From sequence record OQ603353.1: a stretch of DNA of 64,000 nucleotides; one strand, given 5' to 3'. Both the position numbers and the translations under genes were made by a program. The notes beneath the pieces are model-generated. The model had not been told where the DNA came from. It saw nothing but the letters and a program-made list of their open reading frames with translations, and did not search any database. Below are positions 1-9,185 of this stretch, in pieces. Every line of letters starts with the position of its first letter. The stretch's first letter is position 1.

Positions 1-959
1 GACTTGGACGGCATCGAGCTTGTGTTGAGCAATGGCACGATGGTGACTCGGGAATAGTTCTCCAGAATCTTGGCGTTGGCGTTGGCATAGAAGCCTGTAC
101 CCAGCTGATCGTCGATGAAAGGAATGGTGACATTGCGTACCGTGCCTGCTGCTTCCTTTTCCATCAGGTAGAACATTTGACTGTCCTCAAAATCCGCTGA
201 CAGAATATATACCGACTTGAAGCCTTGGAAGGGATACGATGGCAGGGTGATACGCATGAACTGTCGCTTCCCTTTGGCTCCCGTCTTCATAGCGCCAAAC
301 ACCTTCATGCGTCCGTTAGCCCTTTCGGGATCAATGTCGTGCAGAAGCTGCTTGACTTGTAGAACGTACTTCTTCGGCCCCATTGCCTTAATGAGAGCTT
401 TGCGTTCCGAGGGCTTCACTTCCTCGTTGACAGCCACCTCAAAGATGTTGGTTCCGTTGAGGCGCCTAGTGACGAACAGCTTGTCTAGCAAATGCTTGAC
501 CGTTGCGTTGAATTCAATCTTGTCGGTCATAGTCACCCACTTGCGCGCCTCGTCAAACAGCACAGTGGTATGCTCAAAAGTTGGATGGGATCGTAGTTGC
601 AGGAAGGTGGCGTGCGTGATGAACATGATGCTACCGTGCTTGTACGGATTCCCTACGTACAAGCCATTGCCCTTCTTCCAGTTCAGCACCGAATTGACGA
701 TACTCATCACATTGTCGTTGGTACTGGAATCGCTACCACTGGCAATGTAGTGCAGGAAGGAATGCTGGGATTCTGGCAGCACTCGCTGCACACTCTTGAC
801 CGTCTGCTCCAGCAATTTCTTGGTGGGAGCGACGTACAGAATATATCCGGGTTTCTTTTTCGCGTGGCCTGCCTCCACATGCTTCCGCATGAATTCCACA
901 GCAGCCCTAGTTTTGCCCAATCCCGGAGGAGCGGACACAAAGTTGACAGTCAGGGTCAT
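1..959 (-). CDS. SF2 helicase-like protein (possible origin-binding/replication initiator), 5' part; runs off left edge
   Basis: Hand translation from ATG at 959 is open to base 1: MTLTVNFVSAPPGLGKT (Walker A), ILYVAPTKKLLEQ (motif Ia), VLFDEARK (Walker B), ILSAD (motif III-like). Missing from the ORF track because there is no stop in the window. Confidence 0.8.
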   Translation of the reverse strand, partial: MTLTVNFVSAPPGLGKTRAAVEFMRKHVEAGHAKKKPGYILYVAPTKKLLEQTVKSVQRVLPESQHSFLHYIASGSDSSTNDNVMSIVNSVLNWKKGNGLYVGNPYKHGSIMFITHATFLQLRSHPTFEHTTVLFDEARKWVTMTDKIEFNATVKHLLDKLFVTRRLNGTNIFEVAVNEEVKPSERKALIKAMGPKKYVLQVKQLLHDIDPERANGRMKVFGAMKTGAKGKRQFMRITLPSYPFQGFKSVYILSADFEDSQMFYLMEKEAAGTVRNVTIPFIDDQLGTGFYANANAKILENYSRVTIVPLLNTSSMPSK

Positions 960-973
960 AGTGCGTATTTACG

Positions 974-987
974 CTGTAACGTTACAG
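974..987. repeat. Perfect 14-bp palindrome CTGTAACGTTACAG just upstream of the helicase start
   Basis: Sequence equals its own reverse complement; contains the CGTTACAG core of the nearby direct repeats. Confidence 0.85.
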
Positions 988-1038
988 TACCTTTACAGGA
1001 TGCCAAAACAGGGCGTTTCGGTAAAAATACTTCCGCCT

Positions 1039-1228
1039 TTAGACACGCCTGCGTTACAGTAAAATCTGAGCAGTCTGAGGGGAAACCGCCGCAGGGGTCG
1101 AAAACGCAGAAACGCGGATCCTTCAATCCCCAGCAATAAAAAACGCGGAGACTTGATGTTTTGACAGAAATTTTATGTAACGTACCCTCCCCTAGAGATA
1201 TTAGACACGCCACCGTTACAGTAAAATC
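1039..1228 (+). repeat. 28-bp direct repeat TTAGACACGCC-NN-CGTTACAGTAAAATC (1039-1066 and 1201-1228)
   Basis: Two copies, 26/28 identical; an inverted variant (ATTTTATGTAACG) lies at 1170-1182. Confidence 0.85.
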
Positions 1229-1242
1229 GTCTTTTCAGGTGA

Positions 1243-1282
1243 AAACCCCACCCCAAAGGGGCCAGCCTTTGGGGTGGGGTTT
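1243..1282. other. Perfect 17-bp inverted repeat / hairpin (AAACCCCACCCCAAAGG, 6-nt loop)
   Basis: Arms 1243-1259 and 1266-1282 are exact reverse complements; terminator or origin/cruciform element. Confidence 0.8.
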
Positions 1283-1837
1283 CGTACCCAGGTACACATC
1301 AGGAATCTCTAGCTCTACGTTTCTATGAAATCCCCACTAAGGCACAAACCTAGGAATGGCTCCGGCCTCCGGCCTTCTCCATTCGTACAGGTTGTTCTTA
1401 GGGGGAATGCCTTTTCGCTTACGCGATCCTCCCTGATTCAGCCTCTAGAGAACGAAATCCTCTAAAATCACCGCGTTTTTCGTAGTTTACCCTGTAGCTG
1501 GTAAGCCGGAGGCCCAAACTCCGGGTAGTTTAGGGTCCAACCTCCTAAAAATGGTTCCAGAACCTACATTTTCCTGCCTGCGTTTCCGGCAGTTCTGCCC
1601 TTACGGAACCACCCCGCACGGGTCAGGATCGACCCAGGAGGGTCAGAATGGGTCCAGAAGGCCAAAATCGCCTAGGATCGAGCATATCTACGCTGGATGC
1701 ACGCTGTTTTCTCGCAATTTGAGTGTACGAGGGCGATAGAACCCCTCAGCCTACCATCACCTGCTCTGGCGTTGTCCGGGTTGGGGTGGAAATTGTGTCA
1801 TAACAACTTACGGACAACTTCAACTGAGGAACACGTT

Positions 1838-3688
1838 GTGAATCTCATTCCAACTGTTTTTGCTTCACAGAAGCCGTCCCTTCCCAGCGCTGAGGTTGCT
1901 TTCGCTTCCTTTGGCTGCGAAGGCTGCGGCAACCACTTCTCGGTGCAGGCCAGCATGAGCACTCCGTTCTGCGTTCTGTGTGGTTGCGACAATACCACTC
2001 GATTGCAGGACAGCGTTACTGCCTCCGCTCTGGATCCGATCACTGAAGAAGCCAATTGCGCAGTAGTAGAATGCTCCTGCTGCAATCAGCACCTCGTCAT
2101 GAGTTCCGCGGTCGAAGACAACGGCGTTGTTTTCTGTTCGGTCTGCGGCACTGACAATCATTTCGTTTCGGAAGCTGCTTCTGACGACGATGATGAGGAC
2201 GAGGACGAAGAGGACGCTTGCGTCAAGATTGGTCGGGAAAGCCAAGGCCGTACTGAAATCGAACTGGAAGCGGACAAGGTTGCTGATCCGCAGACGTTCG
2301 TGGATGCCAACGAGCCGCCGCACTACCGCGAGTCGAACCCGGCCGCTGCGAAGCGCGACAAGAACAACGAAGAAAAGGCCGCTGCCAAGTGTGCATCCGA
2401 TAAGGATGACAAGGAAGAAGCCAAGAAGGAAGACCCGGGTCTTGCTCATGAGCGTGAACGCCACGGCATGCTGAAGAAGGATAAGGAAGAGGATGCGGGC
2501 TGCGACGAATTCAAGGTCGGTGATCCGCAGACGTTCGTGAACAACCACGAACCGGAAGGCCATCGTGATTCCAATCCGGCTGACGCCCATAGGAACAACG
2601 AGAACGAAGAAGTGAAGGCAACTAAGGGCGATGCCCCTATCGAAACCATCGCTGCCCGTAAGGGCCGCACCACCGATCTGGACAAGGTTGATCGCTCTGA
2701 ACTGAGTTCGGTTCCGGGCGCTGATGGCCGTCTGCCTGAGTTCAAGTTCCCCTCGGAAGAGGAGGTCTACAAGAACAGCGTGGCTAAGGATAAGCTGGAT
2801 CAGAAGAGCGTGCAGCCGGACGGCACGGACAACTGCGTGAACGAAGACGCCTTCAAGGGCGAGCAGTTCAAGGCAGTCCCGCTGCTGGACATTGTGCGTA
2901 CCTCGCAGCCGGGCAATCCGCCGATTCGCTTTGGCCGTGTCGAAGCCTCCATCGTTGCATACGTCGGCCCGTACACCGTCGCTGTGCTGGAAGAGGCAAA
3001 CGTCAACGTCAACGTGCGCGAGCACTTCAAGACTCAGGCGTACCTGGAAGCCATCGCCAACAGCGTTGAGATTTCCGGCTTCGATGAGACTCTGGCCTCC
3101 TTCGGCTTCGAGCACCTGACCATCAAGAGCAACGATACGGCCATCGCCGCCCTTGCTAATGATCGTGTCGAAGCTCGCGCTGCGGAGCTGGCCTCGGCTC
3201 AGAATCAGGCTTCGCTGGACGAAGTGCAGGCGTGCCTCGCTATCGCCAGCACCGGCATCACCAAGCAGTTCTTCGATGCGGGCAACCCCATCCGAGACGC
3301 GCTGGTTGCTTCGCTGGAGAATGCGGGCCTGCGCAATCCCCACCGTATTGTCGATGAGGCTCTGGCTTCTTCGCAGGACGGGTACAACAAGGCTCTGATC
3401 GCTGAGGCGTTCAACCTGCTGTCTATGCCGGTCGAGGCGCGCAACGCTATTGCCAAGACCGTCGTCGGTTCGCGTCACGTCTATGAACGTGCCAACGCGG
3501 GCGTCCACGAAACCACCAGCACCGTCGTTGCTTCGCTGCGTCAGCCTATGGTCGGCGTCAACGAAGAAGTGACTGCTAGTGTTCCGCGCCAGAGCGGAGT
3601 CGGTAGCAATGCGCGCGGCAATGCCGTTCACCGCACTGTTACGCAATTGAGGTCGGAAGTGGGTAAGGGTCGCCTGTTCGGCGGCTGA
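1838..3688 (+). CDS. Putative capsid scaffolding protein with N-terminal Zn-ribbon motifs
   Basis: GTG 1838 preceded by GAGGA (track start 1697 is probably too long); four CxxC motifs, acidic low-complexity tract, helical C-terminus; two genes upstream of MCP. Confidence 0.6.
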   Translation: MNLIPTVFASQKPSLPSAEVAFASFGCEGCGNHFSVQASMSTPFCVLCGCDNTTRLQDSVTASALDPITEEANCAVVECSCCNQHLVMSSAVEDNGVVFCSVCGTDNHFVSEAASDDDDEDEDEEDACVKIGRESQGRTEIELEADKVADPQTFVDANEPPHYRESNPAAAKRDKNNEEKAAAKCASDKDDKEEAKKEDPGLAHERERHGMLKKDKEEDAGCDEFKVGDPQTFVNNHEPEGHRDSNPADAHRNNENEEVKATKGDAPIETIAARKGRTTDLDKVDRSELSSVPGADGRLPEFKFPSEEEVYKNSVAKDKLDQKSVQPDGTDNCVNEDAFKGEQFKAVPLLDIVRTSQPGNPPIRFGRVEASIVAYVGPYTVAVLEEANVNVNVREHFKTQAYLEAIANSVEISGFDETLASFGFEHLTIKSNDTAIAALANDRVEARAAELASAQNQASLDEVQACLAIASTGITKQFFDAGNPIRDALVASLENAGLRNPHRIVDEALASSQDGYNKALIAEAFNLLSMPVEARNAIAKTVVGSRHVYERANAGVHETTSTVVASLRQPMVGVNEEVTASVPRQSGVGSNARGNAVHRTVTQLRSEVGKGRLFGG

Positions 3689-3728
3689 TCCTCTTCAATC
3701 AATCATTTCACTACTGAGGTAAAATCCC

Positions 3729-4442
3729 ATGTTGGACTTTTCGCAGACCCGTCTCCGTTCGAGCACCTCTCGCAAGACCGGTACCCCGTTCCTCGTCAAT
3801 GAAGAAGGCCTGGCCCTCGTCGCTGACACCAACGTTCAGGACGGCGTGACCGTTTCGACCGGCGCTGCCGGTGAACAGTTCGTCGGCCTGTCGATCACCA
3901 CTCAGCTGGATCCGGTTTCGGTTCCGCAGGTTGTGGAAGTCGTGGTCGGTGCCAACGGTCAGTTCAAGCTGCCGGCCGTGCCGTACACCGGCGCTGCTCT
4001 GTTCGTCAAGAATCAGACCAGCAACGAAGCCCTGACCGCTGTGGCCGTTGGTGCTACCCCGACCGCCGCTCAGTACGCTCCGACCGCTGACGCTCAGGTC
4101 TTCGCCACCGCCACTGCTTCGGCTGGCAACACCATCCTCGTCGCCTACCGCGTCGCTGCCACTGTCGAACTGGTCCGTTGGATTCAGGGTGACCAGCTGC
4201 CGGGCCACAACGTCGCCGCTACCCTGAACACCGTCGGCGTGTTCACCAGTGGTGATATCCGTACCTCCTGCTTCGATACCGGCGCTGACTGGACTGCCGC
4301 CGCCCTGTACGTGAAGCTGGGTCCGAACGGCCTGTTCACTGCCACCACCAACATCGCTGAAGCCATTCCGGGCGTTCGCGTCCTGAGCCGTCCGTCCACT
4401 GGTTCGGCTTGGCTGGGCCTGAGCGTCGGCTTCAACGGTTAA
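3729..4442 (+). CDS. Head structural protein (putative decoration/cement protein)
   Basis: 237 aa, beta-rich, strongly biased codon usage like the MCP, GAGG RBS, between scaffold and MCP. Confidence 0.55.
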   Translation: MLDFSQTRLRSSTSRKTGTPFLVNEEGLALVADTNVQDGVTVSTGAAGEQFVGLSITTQLDPVSVPQVVEVVVGANGQFKLPAVPYTGAALFVKNQTSNEALTAVAVGATPTAAQYAPTADAQVFATATASAGNTILVAYRVAATVELVRWIQGDQLPGHNVAATLNTVGVFTSGDIRTSCFDTGADWTAAALYVKLGPNGLFTATTNIAEAIPGVRVLSRPSTGSAWLGLSVGFNG

Positions 4443-4472
4443 TTCATTGACACACCTCTGAGGAACATTCAA

Positions 4473-5570
4473 ATGTCGAACATTCAGTTTTCTTCGCAGC
4501 GCCGCCCGGTGCGCTCGGCTGTCGCTACTGACTTCCGCTTGTCCGGTCGCAGTGAACGCCTTGTCGGTCAGGACGGCCACATCAACGCAAGCTCCAAGGC
4601 GGACGCACTGAAGACCCTGGCCGCTCTGGCCCAGGAAGTTGCCAGCGGCACCCACGTGGTGACCGAAGAGGCCGCCGCGACTGCGGAGACTATGGCCAAG
4701 GCCCACCGCGAAATGGTGCAGGCCGCTTTCGATGATCCGAAGGAACACGAAGCTCTGGGTGCCGTGCTGACCGACGAAATCAACTTCGCCGCCAACAAGC
4801 AGGGCTTCGCTCGTAAGCTTCTGAAGCGTCAGGAGCTCCAGCAGGGCCAGTACCCCCAGACCCTGCTGCCGTTCCAGAACGTCATGGGCGTCGTGGCTAC
4901 CGGTCCGGTCAAGTGTGAAACTCAGCTGATCCGCAACCGTCGCTTCTGGCCGCAGGAGTTCTTCATCGAAGCTCGCCCGTACATCGAGCAGCGCGAAATC
5001 GATCAGACCAACACGGACATCCTTCAGGACAAGTACCTGGAAGCTCTGGAAGGCATCATGGTGCAGGAAGATCGCACTTGGCGTGCGATGGCCCTCCAGT
5101 CGGTCGGTATCGTGAACCCGTCCACCACCATCGTGGGCGACCTGACCCCGCAGGGTCTGGCCCAGGTTCGCACCCAGCTGATCTCGAACCGCATCGGCGC
5201 GACCAACCTGGTCATGGCCGCCGACCTGTGGAACGACATTATCGGCTCGCAGCAGTTCATGAGCGGCGTCGATCCGGTCACCCGTCACGAAATCGTTCTG
5301 ACTGGTGAAATCGGTCGCCTGCTGGGCATGACCATCACCACTGACGCCTACCGTCACCCGTACCACCACGTTCTGCCGAAGGGCGAGTTCTGGGTGGTGT
5401 CGGATCCGAACTACCACGGTAACTTCACTGATCGTGGCGGCGTCGTCGCCGAGCCGATCGGTATCGCTACCGAGGGCGTCCCGGGCCGTGGTTGGGCGAT
5501 GTTCGAGACCGTTTCGATGGTCATCGCCAACGCCGCTTCGATTGCTCTGGCGCGTCGCGTCGGTTCGTAA
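4473..5570 (+). CDS. Major capsid protein (HK97-fold inferred)
   Basis: 365 aa, highly biased codons, GAGGA RBS, strong terminator downstream; C-terminal GRGWAMFETVSMVIANAASIA typical of MCP P-domain ends. Confidence 0.85.
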   Translation: MSNIQFSSQRRPVRSAVATDFRLSGRSERLVGQDGHINASSKADALKTLAALAQEVASGTHVVTEEAAATAETMAKAHREMVQAAFDDPKEHEALGAVLTDEINFAANKQGFARKLLKRQELQQGQYPQTLLPFQNVMGVVATGPVKCETQLIRNRRFWPQEFFIEARPYIEQREIDQTNTDILQDKYLEALEGIMVQEDRTWRAMALQSVGIVNPSTTIVGDLTPQGLAQVRTQLISNRIGATNLVMAADLWNDIIGSQQFMSGVDPVTRHEIVLTGEIGRLLGMTITTDAYRHPYHHVLPKGEFWVVSDPNYHGNFTDRGGVVAEPIGIATEGVPGRGWAMFETVSMVIANAASIALARRVGS

Positions 5571-5587
5571 TTCCCCCGACAGGGATA

Positions 5588-5618
5588 GGGAGTGGGAGCT
5601 TCGGCTCCCCTCCCTTTT
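5588..5618 (+). terminator. Intrinsic terminator after MCP (cUUCGg loop)
   Basis: GGGAGTGGGAGC-TTCG-GCTCCCCTCCC followed by TTTT. Confidence 0.85.
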
Positions 5619-5732
5619 GAATGTACTAACGAGACGATTCACCAGTCCTTGTATGAACCAAAAGATGGGCCGATTAGGCTATCAAGGATGGCGTAAGGCT
5701 GTTGGTGTTTCGTCCCTTTAGTACATTTACTT

Positions 5733-5808
5733 GGACATGTAGCTCAGCTGGTAGAGCACCGGACTGTTAATCCGGCCGTCGCAGGTTCGACCCCTGCCTT
5801 GTCCGCCA
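5733..5808 (+). tRNA. trnN: tRNA-Asn (anticodon GTT), CCA encoded
   Basis: 76 nt cloverleaf: D arm GCTC/GAGC, anticodon stem CCGGA/TCCGG with loop CTGTTAA, T arm GCAGG-TTCGACC-CCTGC, G73 discriminator, CCA; one U6-U67 mismatch in the acceptor stem. Confidence 0.95.
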
Positions 5809-5855
5809 AAATCTGCACTGGTGTGCGCGCCCGACGTCGCCACTGGCAAATCCTC

Positions 5856-5884
5856 GGGCTACCTCGAAAGGGGTGGCCCTTTTT
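5856..5884 (+). terminator. Intrinsic terminator after tRNA (GAAA loop)
   Basis: GGGCTACCTC-GAAA-GGGGTGGCCC followed by TTTTT. Confidence 0.8.
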
Positions 5885-5910
5885 CATTTCTGCACTCCGA
5901 GGACAACGCT

Positions 5911-6366
5911 ATGCTGGAGACGGCGAGTGACAAGAAAAAGAAGGAAGAGCAAAAGCTGCATAAGGACGTGACGGAAATCATTAAGCACGAACGCCTTGGT
6001 GCTCAGAAGGGCCGAGAGGTTGAATTGCTTCAAGCGCATCAAAATAGATTGAGACACGCAGGGCGCTCCATGCAGGCCGAGAGCCTGAGCCCTCACATTC
6101 GCATCAATTCAGTTGAATCCCAAGATCATAGAGAAGCAGCACAGAAGCTCACTCATCGACTCAAGGAAAAGGTGGCCTTCCTCAAAGAAAGTGGCCGCGC
6201 CGACAAGGGCAAGGAGTTGCACACGCAGCTTGCCGAACAATACAAACACTTGCACTATTGGGCCAACGCAGGCCACACCCGCAACAAAAGTCCGACCCTG
6301 CTGCGAGCACGCGACGATTTCTACAATCGTCACATGGAGCATCAGCGGCTTGCGCTGAAACAATAA
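5911..6366 (+). CDS. Small His/Lys-rich protein, putative internal head protein
   Basis: ATG 5911 after GAGGAC RBS (track start 5821 overlaps the terminator); begins MLETASDKKKK. Confidence 0.65.
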   Translation: MLETASDKKKKEEQKLHKDVTEIIKHERLGAQKGREVELLQAHQNRLRHAGRSMQAESLSPHIRINSVESQDHREAAQKLTHRLKEKVAFLKESGRADKGKELHTQLAEQYKHLHYWANAGHTRNKSPTLLRARDDFYNRHMEHQRLALKQ

Positions 6367-6378
6367 CTGGAGGCATTC

Positions 6379-8001
6379 ATGCAATACAACAAGGCACGCG
6401 ACCTTCTGTTGGTCGCCATGACTCATCCGGACACTGGGGAGGCACTCGCAGCCCTCCTTAGTGCCCGTTCGGCTCAAGGCTTTGAGTCACTGCATCATGA
6501 ACTAGAAGCTACTAGCGCGGCAGAATACGCAGCGCTGGAAAGTGAGTTCGATACGGTGTACGCAGGCCGTACCGACAACGCCGATGGTACTGACGGCAAC
6601 TACCCACACATGCCGGGCAAGTACGATCACAGTTCTAACGGCCGCGCAAACCCTGACGACATTCTGAAGGGCAACGGCCTCGACCAGTACCCAGGTACAA
6701 AGGTAACCTTCCTTATGGACGGCAAGATTGGCAACTCGGGTGATAGCCCGAACGACCCTGCGCTCTCTAACATGCAGGACGCAGAAACTGTTCGACAGTC
6801 CAATCCCGAAGACGTTGAGCTTGACGACATTATTGGTGACGGTGATCCTATCGTTTCCACTGCGCCGGGTGAGTTCAACTACGCGCTGGATGGTGAACAC
6901 AACAACAACTTTGACGTGAGTGATTTCACTCGCGCCAACAATGATCCGAACGATCAAGACACCGTGCACGGCATCGACGACGTTCTGGATGATGAAAGTA
7001 ACGAAGTTGATCCGCAGCTGCAAGACATTCCGTTTGATGACGATGGTGAAAACGTAGATACGGAATCAGAGCAGAATTCTTCAGCCGACGATGACGGCGA
7101 TGCATCGGATGATCCCACCATGGAAAAGCAAAAGAAGCCCTCCTGGACTGACCTTGAAGGTCGGGACGACGATGAAATGGTGAACCCCCAGCTGGCGGAC
7201 GTGGACGATTCGTGCTTGGTTGTCAAGCATCCTGATTCGGTCATCAAGCGCCTTGGCAATCACCTCAAGTATCGCCATGATTCGGAAGACAATGGTGCTG
7301 GCTATGGCACCAGCTACGAACATTCGTCCGCCGATGATGATGACGTATACGATGAAGATGACGACATTCTCGATACCGACAACGAGGATTTCACCATCTT
7401 TGATGACGATCCGCTGTATGATCCGAACGATGATGACGAGGATGAAGAGAACGAGCAGGACGACGATGACGAAGATCATAACGATGGGGACTATGTTCCG
7501 GCATCGGTTGATCTTCCCAATGCCAGTCAGTACCCTGTGCAGTCCGCTGAGGATATGCCGGTAAAGATTTGGGATCGTGGCGAGCAGGTGTCGGACGTGG
7601 AGAACGACGGCGACGATGATGTACGCTTGAATCAAGTGCAGTTGGCTGATACCGATACCAACGGTGAGGCGGACGAGCTTGACATTTACCCGCCAGACGT
7701 TAATTGCACCATCACCATCGAAGGGCTGGTTCCGGGCGAGTATTGGTACAAGCATCGGGCTGTAGAAGATGCTGCCTACCACTTGCAGGAGCAGGATCGT
7801 TTCGAGAAGGCTGCATCGGCATTCACCACCCTGCACATGGATGCGAAGCGCACTGGCAACACTGAAGACGCCCGTAACTTCCACAAGCAGTTCGAGCACG
7901 CGAAGCGCTGGGCGGGTCTGCACGGCACTCGCGCTCAGGAACTTCTGAGGCTGCCTGCTGTACGACGCAAGCCGCTGCCGGAACCCCACGGCCTGTCGTA
8001 A
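6379..8001 (+). CDS. Very acidic (Asp-rich) protein, putative internal head/ejection protein
   Basis: 540 aa, GGAGG RBS, long D/E tracts, basic His-rich helical C-terminus. Confidence 0.65.
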   Translation: MQYNKARDLLLVAMTHPDTGEALAALLSARSAQGFESLHHELEATSAAEYAALESEFDTVYAGRTDNADGTDGNYPHMPGKYDHSSNGRANPDDILKGNGLDQYPGTKVTFLMDGKIGNSGDSPNDPALSNMQDAETVRQSNPEDVELDDIIGDGDPIVSTAPGEFNYALDGEHNNNFDVSDFTRANNDPNDQDTVHGIDDVLDDESNEVDPQLQDIPFDDDGENVDTESEQNSSADDDGDASDDPTMEKQKKPSWTDLEGRDDDEMVNPQLADVDDSCLVVKHPDSVIKRLGNHLKYRHDSEDNGAGYGTSYEHSSADDDDVYDEDDDILDTDNEDFTIFDDDPLYDPNDDDEDEENEQDDDDEDHNDGDYVPASVDLPNASQYPVQSAEDMPVKIWDRGEQVSDVENDGDDDVRLNQVQLADTDTNGEADELDIYPPDVNCTITIEGLVPGEYWYKHRAVEDAAYHLQEQDRFEKAASAFTTLHMDAKRTGNTEDARNFHKQFEHAKRWAGLHGTRAQELLRLPAVRRKPLPEPHGLS

Positions 8002-8043
8002 CGGAGAAGGGGCGCAGGATCACTGCGCCCCTACAGGTGATCT

Positions 8044-8727
8044 ATGAAACCCCAGCGAGCACTGATTACGCAGTTGATTCACTCGGTCGGTACTAAGCTC
8101 TCCATAGCGTTCCACCTTCCGGCTCCTGTTGTTACTACAGGCAATAACCCCGTACAGGAATTCCTGCGCAGGGCTAACGGCCAGAAGGATACTCCGGAAA
8201 CTCAGTATCCCTTCTTCTACTTGAAGCCACGTGCGTTCAACCTGAATCGCCAAAGCTACAATCCACATCGGATGGCTAAGAGTCCGCTGGCTTCCCAACT
8301 CGGGCGCTTGGACGATGGCACCTTCATTCAGATGAGGCTGGTTCCCACGTTGGTCACTATCGAAGTTGGGTACGTGACTAACGACAGTCTTGAATACGAG
8401 GTATGGGCAGCTAATTGGATCGCGCTGGCGGCTTCGGGTAGGATAGACTTTGACTTCAAGTACAACGGTATCAAGATGGGTGTCTTCGTTGAGTTGGCCG
8501 ATCAGATTGAAATCCCTGAAATCGACCAAGGTGAGGACATAAACCAAATAGTGGGCACTACTACCCTGACCCTCCACGGTTACGTAGAAATGCCCGGCCG
8601 TCCCACTGAGGAAATCGGCACGGTGTCCCCGAAGCTTAGTTTTTCCACCACAACGGCCACGGCTGACCCTGAACGCTTCACGACCTACGCAAAGGTTGGT
8701 CCTAAAACCACTGTGAGAGACCGATAA
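8044..8727 (+). CDS. Putative tail terminator/completion protein
   Basis: 227 aa; position upstream of sheath; alternating beta pattern (RLVPTLVTIEVGYVTND ... TTTLTLHGY). Confidence 0.45.
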   Translation: MKPQRALITQLIHSVGTKLSIAFHLPAPVVTTGNNPVQEFLRRANGQKDTPETQYPFFYLKPRAFNLNRQSYNPHRMAKSPLASQLGRLDDGTFIQMRLVPTLVTIEVGYVTNDSLEYEVWAANWIALAASGRIDFDFKYNGIKMGVFVELADQIEIPEIDQGEDINQIVGTTTLTLHGYVEMPGRPTEEIGTVSPKLSFSTTTATADPERFTTYAKVGPKTTVRDR

Positions 8728-9185
8728 TGGCATCTGGCAATTTTATCCCATACGATAATTTCATCAAGGAAGTGTTCAGCGGCGCGCTGAACTACTCCAC
8801 TGATAACATCCAAGCAATGCTGCTTGGTAACAACTACGTTCCGGACCGGTCCTCGCACAAGTTCCTGTCGGATGTTGTAACCTACGAGGTTCCTGCTACG
8901 GGCGGTTATGCACGACAGGTTCTGAGCAACAAGAAGGTGGAACTTCTGTCTCCATCTGGCTTCACCAAGATCACCGCAGATAACATCCTGTTCGGTGAGA
9001 ACGTAACCATTCGAGCGCGTTACCTTGTGCTGTTCAACGCTACCCCGACTGGTACCAACGCCCAGCAACTGATGTTCTACGTCGATCTGAACAGTGGTGG
9101 TACGGAAGCGGTGCAGTCCGCCAACAGTACCTTTGCTCTGGACATTTCGCCGAACGGCATCTATCAGATTGATCCCATCCAGTGA
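8727..9185 (+). CDS. Virion structural protein (minor tail/fibre-type GYARQ family)
   Basis: 152 aa; NIQAMLL..YVPD...FLSDV..EV..TGGYARQ pattern recalled from phage minor tail proteins; paralogue at 58127. Confidence 0.55.
   Translation: MASGNFIPYDNFIKEVFSGALNYSTDNIQAMLLGNNYVPDRSSHKFLSDVVTYEVPATGGYARQVLSNKKVELLSPSGFTKITADNILFGENVTIRARYLVLFNATPTGTNAQQLMFYVDLNSGGTEAVQSANSTFALDISPNGIYQIDPIQ

Noticed and set aside
217-1139. Plus-strand ORFs 217-750 and 597-1139
   Set aside because: They overlap the motif-bearing minus-strand helicase gene that the track missed.
1161-1190. Sigma70 promoter from TTGACA at 1161
   Set aside because: No -10 hexamer at 16-18 bp spacing.
1039-1228. CRISPR array
   Set aside because: Only two repeat copies, 134 bp apart, and no cas genes.
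1697-1837. ORF-track upstream extensions (1697, 5821, 9501, 21933, 23511, 24199, 25440, 45921, 57076, 61468)
   Set aside because: Downstream starts have clear RBS or stop-start coupling, while the extensions overlap terminators or neighbouring genes.
5620-5732. Second tRNA or riboswitch upstream of tRNA-Asn (also 5809-5855 downstream)
   Set aside because: No cloverleaf, T-loop or recognisable aptamer consensus could be built.
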